From Candidatus Bipolaricaulis sp. (GTDB lineage: Bacteria > Bipolaricaulota > Bipolaricaulia > UBA7950 > UBA9294): a DNA stretch of 19,412 nt. Both the position numbers and the translations under genes were made by a program. A model generated the notes under the pieces. It was not told the origin of the DNA. It saw only the letters and a program-made list of their open reading frames with translations, and did not search any database. The stretch lies in assembly GCA_028713635.1 (NCBI GenBank), contig JAQTNX010000033.1, forward strand, positions 1 through 19,412. The letters are read 5' to 3'. This document shows positions 16,376-19,412 of this stretch, one piece after another; position 1 is the stretch's first letter, and each line of letters opens with the position of its first letter.

Positions 16376-16956
16376 GTTAGCATCCCCCGCAGATCGTCCT
16401 CGGTGCCGATGAGGACGATCCTCGGCCCCGCGAGCACGGACGCGAGGAACGGGTCGCGGCTCTTCACCCGGCGGGCGACTTCCCCGGGCGAGTAGAGTGA
16501 GACGTTGATCTCGCGGCCGAGCGATCGTTCGAGCTCTGAGAGGGTCGGAGACAGCGCGCTGAGGGGCGTCTCACCGAGGATGAACAGATCGATGTCGCTC
16601 TCCGCAGTGTCGGCATTCGCAGCGGTGGACCCGAAGATGAACGCGACGCGGATGTCCTCTCTGCCTGTCAGCGTTTCGCGGATGCGGTCTCCTACGGCTA
16701 CGGTCTTGAGTACCATGGCGCGCAGGTCGGGGACGATCGGATTGGCTCGATTCACTCGCAGGTAGACGCGGTTGCCCCGCTTCTCTCGTTCGAGGATGCC
16801 GATGCCGGACAGCCGGTCGAGCTCCCTCTGAACGGCCCTCGGGAGGAGTCCCGTGAGCCTCCCCACCTCGCGCCCGTAGAAGTCGCAGTCGGGGTGCGTC
16901 AGGAACAGAGTCAGCACCCTCACCCTCGCTTCGGAACCAAAGAGCTCTGCAAGCAT
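16372..16956 (-). CDS. mntA: Minimal nucleotidyltransferase (MNT, MntA-like antitoxin) with an N-terminal winged-helix DNA-binding domain (194 aa).
   Basis: NTase signature FGSTAANADTAESDIDLFI (GS-x9-SDIDL). N-terminal wHTH (RVRVLTLFL...FYGREVGRLTGLLPRAVQRELDRLSGIGILEREKRGNRVYL). GGAG sits 8 nt upstream of the ATG at 16956. The track's 150-codon N-terminal extension is Arg-rich with low GC3. Confidence 0.8.
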   Translation of the reverse strand: MLAELFGSEARVRVLTLFLTHPDCDFYGREVGRLTGLLPRAVQRELDRLSGIGILEREKRGNRVYLRVNRANPIVPDLRAMVLKTVAVGDRIRETLTGREDIRVAFIFGSTAANADTAESDIDLFILGETPLSALSPTLSELERSLGREINVSLYSPGEVARRVKSRDPFLASVLAGPRIVLIGTEDDLRGMLT

Positions 16957-16965
16957 AGGTTGCTC

Positions 16966-17013
16966 CGTATACAAAGCGTATGCAATTGTATACAGATCGT
17001 ATCCGTACGTCAA
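16966..17013 (-). promoter_or_regulatory. Promoter/operator of the MNT-HEPN operon: -35 TTGACG (17008-17013), exact 17-nt spacer, -10 TACAAT (16985-16990). Overlaps a 9/8-bp inverted repeat TGTATACAA-N11-TTGTATACG (16966-16994).
   Basis: Minus strand reads TTGACG-tacggatacgatctgta-TACAAT-tgcatacgc-TTTGTATACGGAGCAACCT-ATG. The palindrome half-sites overlap the -10 and the start of the transcript. Confidence 0.5.
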
Positions 17014-17897
17014 CAGAACTGCCAGCTTCGGCCCACCGACGCCAAGACACCCGCGAGGAGACTCTGTCCTGAGGTGGCGCCGAGGGCGAGGACACAGGTC
17101 GCGGCGGCGAGCAGCCTCTCGCCCGGTTCCGCGTCGCCAAGCGCGCTCACGAGGTCGACAAGGGGCTCGGGGAAGGAGCCGTCGGCTGCCGCGGCAAGCA
17201 TCTGCCACGAAGCGGGGTGCGTTCGGAGGCTCACTCCGGCGAGGACTTGTCGCAGCGCGTCGAGCTGTCGCTTCGCCGCGGAGAGCGCGGACAACGCGGT
17301 GAGCCCGGCGAGGATGCCGACGAGGACGTCGTCGCCCGACGGCGTGGAGCCGGAGCCGAGGCCGACGAGGCTTGCCAGCAGCAAGAGATCGCCCGTCGTC
17401 TGCCACTGCGCGACGACCGCCCGGACCTCACCCTCGAATGCCTCGACGCTCTGCGGCCGACGCTCGTCGAGGAGACGATGGCAGGCTGCTCGGTTGCTGG
17501 CGGCTCGCTGGATCTCTCTCGTCGTGTAGGGCGTGATGCGTAGCTCGTGGCACGCGGCGCGTAGCGTGTGGATCGCTGCGTCCGTGGTCCGTGGTCCATG
17601 GTCCATGGTCAAGGGCAGGAAGTGGATCTGCTCACTGTCCGCGTAGGCGGGAGCGCCGACGGCGATGCCTGGCGGCATCGCGGGCACCTCGATGGCCCAG
17701 GGGTGGAGCGGGGCGGCCGGGGTCTGGACCGAGATGTAGGTTGGCGCGCTTTCTTCCTCGAAGAGCAGGCTGAGTCCGTGGCGGAATGGGGAGGCGACGC
17801 GGCCCTCGCGCATGCCTGCGGCGAGGTAGCTACACGCATGCCCGCCGATCCGCGTCGCATTGAGTGCCTTGGTTGCCATGGGCGTTTCTCGCATCAC
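17010..17897 (-). CDS. Hypothetical protein with a glycine-rich GLGSGSTPSGDD loop (possibly DUF2877-like; not verified).
   Basis: High GC3 throughout the 295-codon ORF. Start is GTG 17897 or ATG 17879, neither with a strong RBS. The stop overlaps the -35 element of the downstream MNT promoter. Contains the heptamer repeat at 17581-17610 in frame (TMDHGPRTTD). Confidence 0.55.
   Translation of the reverse strand: MMRETPMATKALNATRIGGHACSYLAAGMREGRVASPFRHGLSLLFEEESAPTYISVQTPAAPLHPWAIEVPAMPPGIAVGAPAYADSEQIHFLPLTMDHGPRTTDAAIHTLRAACHELRITPYTTREIQRAASNRAACHRLLDERRPQSVEAFEGEVRAVVAQWQTTGDLLLLASLVGLGSGSTPSGDDVLVGILAGLTALSALSAAKRQLDALRQVLAGVSLRTHPASWQMLAAAADGSFPEPLVDLVSALGDAEPGERLLAAATCVLALGATSGQSLLAGVLASVGRSWQFC
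17581..17610. repeat. Four tandem heptamers, TCCGTGG TCCGTGG TCCATGG TCCATGG, inside the coding region of the 17010-17897 gene.
   Basis: Read directly. A near-identical 4x heptamer block recurs at 19156-19187. Confidence 0.6.
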
Positions 17898-17959
17898 GTC
17901 CAGCCTACGAGGTGCATCTGAGCGTGATCCACATTACGCATCCGGCCCGACACTCGGAA

Positions 17960-18032
17960 GTGATGCGCATCACTCCCGTATTGTGACACGCATCACACAC
18001 GCTGCCGCCGGCCCGAATGTGATGTGCATCAC
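17960..18032. promoter_or_regulatory. Array of 14-bp palindromic candidate operator sites upstream of the 17897 gene: GTGATGCGCATCAC (17960-17973, perfect palindrome), GTGACACGCATCAC (17983-17996), GTGATGTGCATCAC (18019-18032), and a degenerate copy at 17924-17942.
   Basis: Read directly. Spacing of 23 and 36 bp. Located 63-135 bp upstream of the start codon. An isolated half-site GCATCAC sits at 17891-17897. Confidence 0.45.
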
Positions 18033-18266
18033 ACCGGGGCGTGGCCGGGCGCAGCCGAGTATGCTCACAAGCGGAATGCGTCTTCCATAGATGGGTTGCG
18101 TCCCGACGTTTCGTCTCAAGCCGCCTTTGGTGTCCGGCTTCCTCGTCGCGAAGCGGTTCCGAGTCCGGACCCGAAGACCCGGTCCGCGAGATCGTTGACG
18201 CGCCCAGCGGAAGCAGCCGCGTACGAGCTTCCGCCCTAGGCGAACGAAGCCGCCGCCAGAGTCACG

Positions 18267-19136
18267 CTACGTTCGCCCAATCTCGTGGAGCTGTGGGTTC
18301 TTGGCTCCTGCGACGTCGCCGAACTTGGTCAGCGTGCACTCGCCCTTCACCTGCATCAGCTCGTCGTAGCGATCGTCGTCGACCATGGCCACGATGCGGG
18401 CGATGGAGCTCTCGCCGTCGACGAACCGCCACGGGAAGCAGCCGATGGTGGCGCGCTGGTTCAGCAACAGGTCGATGTCGCCGCCGAGGCACTCGGCGTG
18501 GATGATCCCGTGATTGAAGAGCTCGATGTGCATGAGCTGGTACTTCGTGGAGTCGAACCGCTCGGCGAGCGGCTGGCCGTACTTGGCGCGGAAGTGGGCG
18601 TCGGCTTCTTTGGCCTGCCGCGGCATCCAGTCACGGATGATCGTGTTCATCGGGTGGTCGGCGGAGCCGCAGTCAACGCCGATCCAGCGGAGCTTCTTGC
18701 GCAGGCACCACTGCGCGAACTCGCGGTCCGGTCCAGGGTGCTTGACCATGTAGCGGATCTCGTCGGCCGTCGGCTGGTCCCATCCGAAGTGGTGGTATCC
18801 AGTGTGGATGATGAGGATGTCGCCCTCTTTGACCTCGACGCGGTCTTCGATCATGTCCGAGGTGTAGAGGTCGTAGTCGCCGGCGGCGTCCGACAGGTCG
18901 ACGATGACGCCCTCGTGGACGAGGAAGTCAAGACTGAGCTGGGCGATGTCCTTCCCCGGCGTGTAGAAGTGGATCTCGCCGTCGAGGTGCGTGCCGACGT
19001 GGTTCGAGTGGGTGACGAGCTGGCCGTTGGCGCCGTTGGGGGCGAGGCGCTTGAAGTACTTGACCTGCAGCGGCTCGTACGTCGGCCACGGCGGGGTCGC
19101 GATCGACAGCGGAACGGTTAGGTCGATGAGTCGCAT
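18267..19136 (-). CDS. Cyclase family protein (kynurenine formamidase / KynB-like putative cyclase fold, 289 aa).
   Basis: Signature HxGTHxDxPxH (SNHVGTHLDGEIHF). GAGGAGG sits 5 nt upstream of the ATG at 19136. High GC3. Confidence 0.85.
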   Translation of the reverse strand: MRLIDLTVPLSIATPPWPTYEPLQVKYFKRLAPNGANGQLVTHSNHVGTHLDGEIHFYTPGKDIAQLSLDFLVHEGVIVDLSDAAGDYDLYTSDMIEDRVEVKEGDILIIHTGYHHFGWDQPTADEIRYMVKHPGPDREFAQWCLRKKLRWIGVDCGSADHPMNTIIRDWMPRQAKEADAHFRAKYGQPLAERFDSTKYQLMHIELFNHGIIHAECLGGDIDLLLNQRATIGCFPWRFVDGESSIARIVAMVDDDRYDELMQVKGECTLTKFGDVAGAKNPQLHEIGRT

Positions 19137-19155
19137 GGTTCCTCCTCGTGTTCAG

Positions 19156-19187
19156 TCCGTGGTCTGGGGTCCATGGTCCGTGGTCCG
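19156..19187. repeat. Second copy of the 4x tandem heptamer block (TCCGTGG TCTGGGG TCCATGG TCCGTGG), 20-50 nt upstream of the cyclase start codon.
   Basis: Read directly. Shares GGTCCATGGTCCGTGGTCC with 17581-17610. Confidence 0.6.
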
Positions 19188-19330
19188 CGACTGCTGTTCT
19201 TTGGGTGCGCTGAGTCCATTGGGTTCTTGAAACCGGCCGGCGGTTCTCTGCGCGCTCTGCGGTTCATTCTTGGCTCTTGTCCAGCATCTCGGCAAGGGGC
19301 TGCTCGACGCTCTTCGTTGTCGGGCAGCTA

Positions 19331-19365
19331 GGGAGTTCCCGCGAGGGCGCCGCTCGGGAACTCCT
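19331..19365. other. Inverted repeat/hairpin (10-11 bp stem GGGAGTTCCCG / CGGGAACTCC, 13-nt loop) upstream of the cyclase gene. Possible terminator of a gene beyond the window edge, or a regulator binding site.
   Basis: Perfect 10-bp complementarity between 19332-19341 and 19355-19364. Confidence 0.3.
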
Positions 19366-19412
19366 GCCCCATCTCGGCCCTGCCACCGTACTGACCCCGT
19401 TGCGCGGTAGCG

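Noticed and set aside
16957-17406. N-terminal 150-codon extension of the MNT ORF in the track
   Set aside because: Arg/Pro-rich with low GC3 and no RBS. The internal ATG at 16956 has a GGAG and produces a clean wHTH-MNT protein. The extension would also run through the promoter and the upstream gene.

Overview
High-GC (~68-70%) bacterial chromosomal window with strong GGAGG-type ribosome-binding sites. No rRNA, tRNA or CRISPR array was found. I support 17 protein-coding genes, one small mobile element, and several repeats, hairpins and candidate promoters. Many of the longest ORFs in the six-frame track are antisense shadows of the real genes and were rejected.

Gene content, left to right:
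- 1-578 (-): 3'-truncated hypothetical gene whose reading frame switches at a G4 homopolymer.
- 936-1157 (+): 73-aa small ORF, followed by an inverted-repeat hairpin (1183-1227) and then an ATP-grasp enzyme (1311-2537, +).
- 2542-3645 (-): secreted internalin-type leucine-rich-repeat protein, convergent on the ATP-grasp gene with a 4-bp gap.
- 3897-4469 (-) and 4523-4981 (-): a Cys-rich secreted protein and a rubrerythrin/ferritin-like protein on one strand.
- 5199-7679 (+): membrane sensor histidine kinase (dCache-HAMP-PAS-HisKA-HATPase).
- 7806-9104 (+): serpin lipoprotein.
- 9215-11365 (-): flotillin/SPFH protein.
- 11634-12701 (+): GNAT acetyltransferase fused to a SAM-dependent methyltransferase.
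- 12774-13646 (-): IS200-like Y1 transposase (REP-associated tyrosine transposase, RAYT-type). It is bracketed by a perfect 18-bp inverted repeat and tandem REP-like repeats.
- 14072-14911 (+): APH-family phosphotransferase.
- 14908-15852 (-): tandem-GNAT acetyltransferase.
- 15956-16956 (-): a HEPN/MNT (HepT/MntA-type) toxin-antitoxin pair with an ATGA overlap. Its predicted promoter (TTGACG-17-TACAAT) overlaps a palindromic operator.
- 17010-17897 (-): hypothetical protein with a GLGSGSTPSGDD glycine-rich loop.
- 18267-19136 (-): cyclase/kynurenine-formamidase family protein.

Non-coding signals:
- Three or four copies of a 14-bp palindrome (GTGATGCGCATCAC) upstream of the 17897 gene.
- A 4x tandem heptamer (TCCRTGG) present at two loci.
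- Direct repeats upstream of the small ORF.
- A bidirectional terminator hairpin between the serpin and flotillin genes.

All functional assignments rest on motifs read directly from the translations. No database searches were run.
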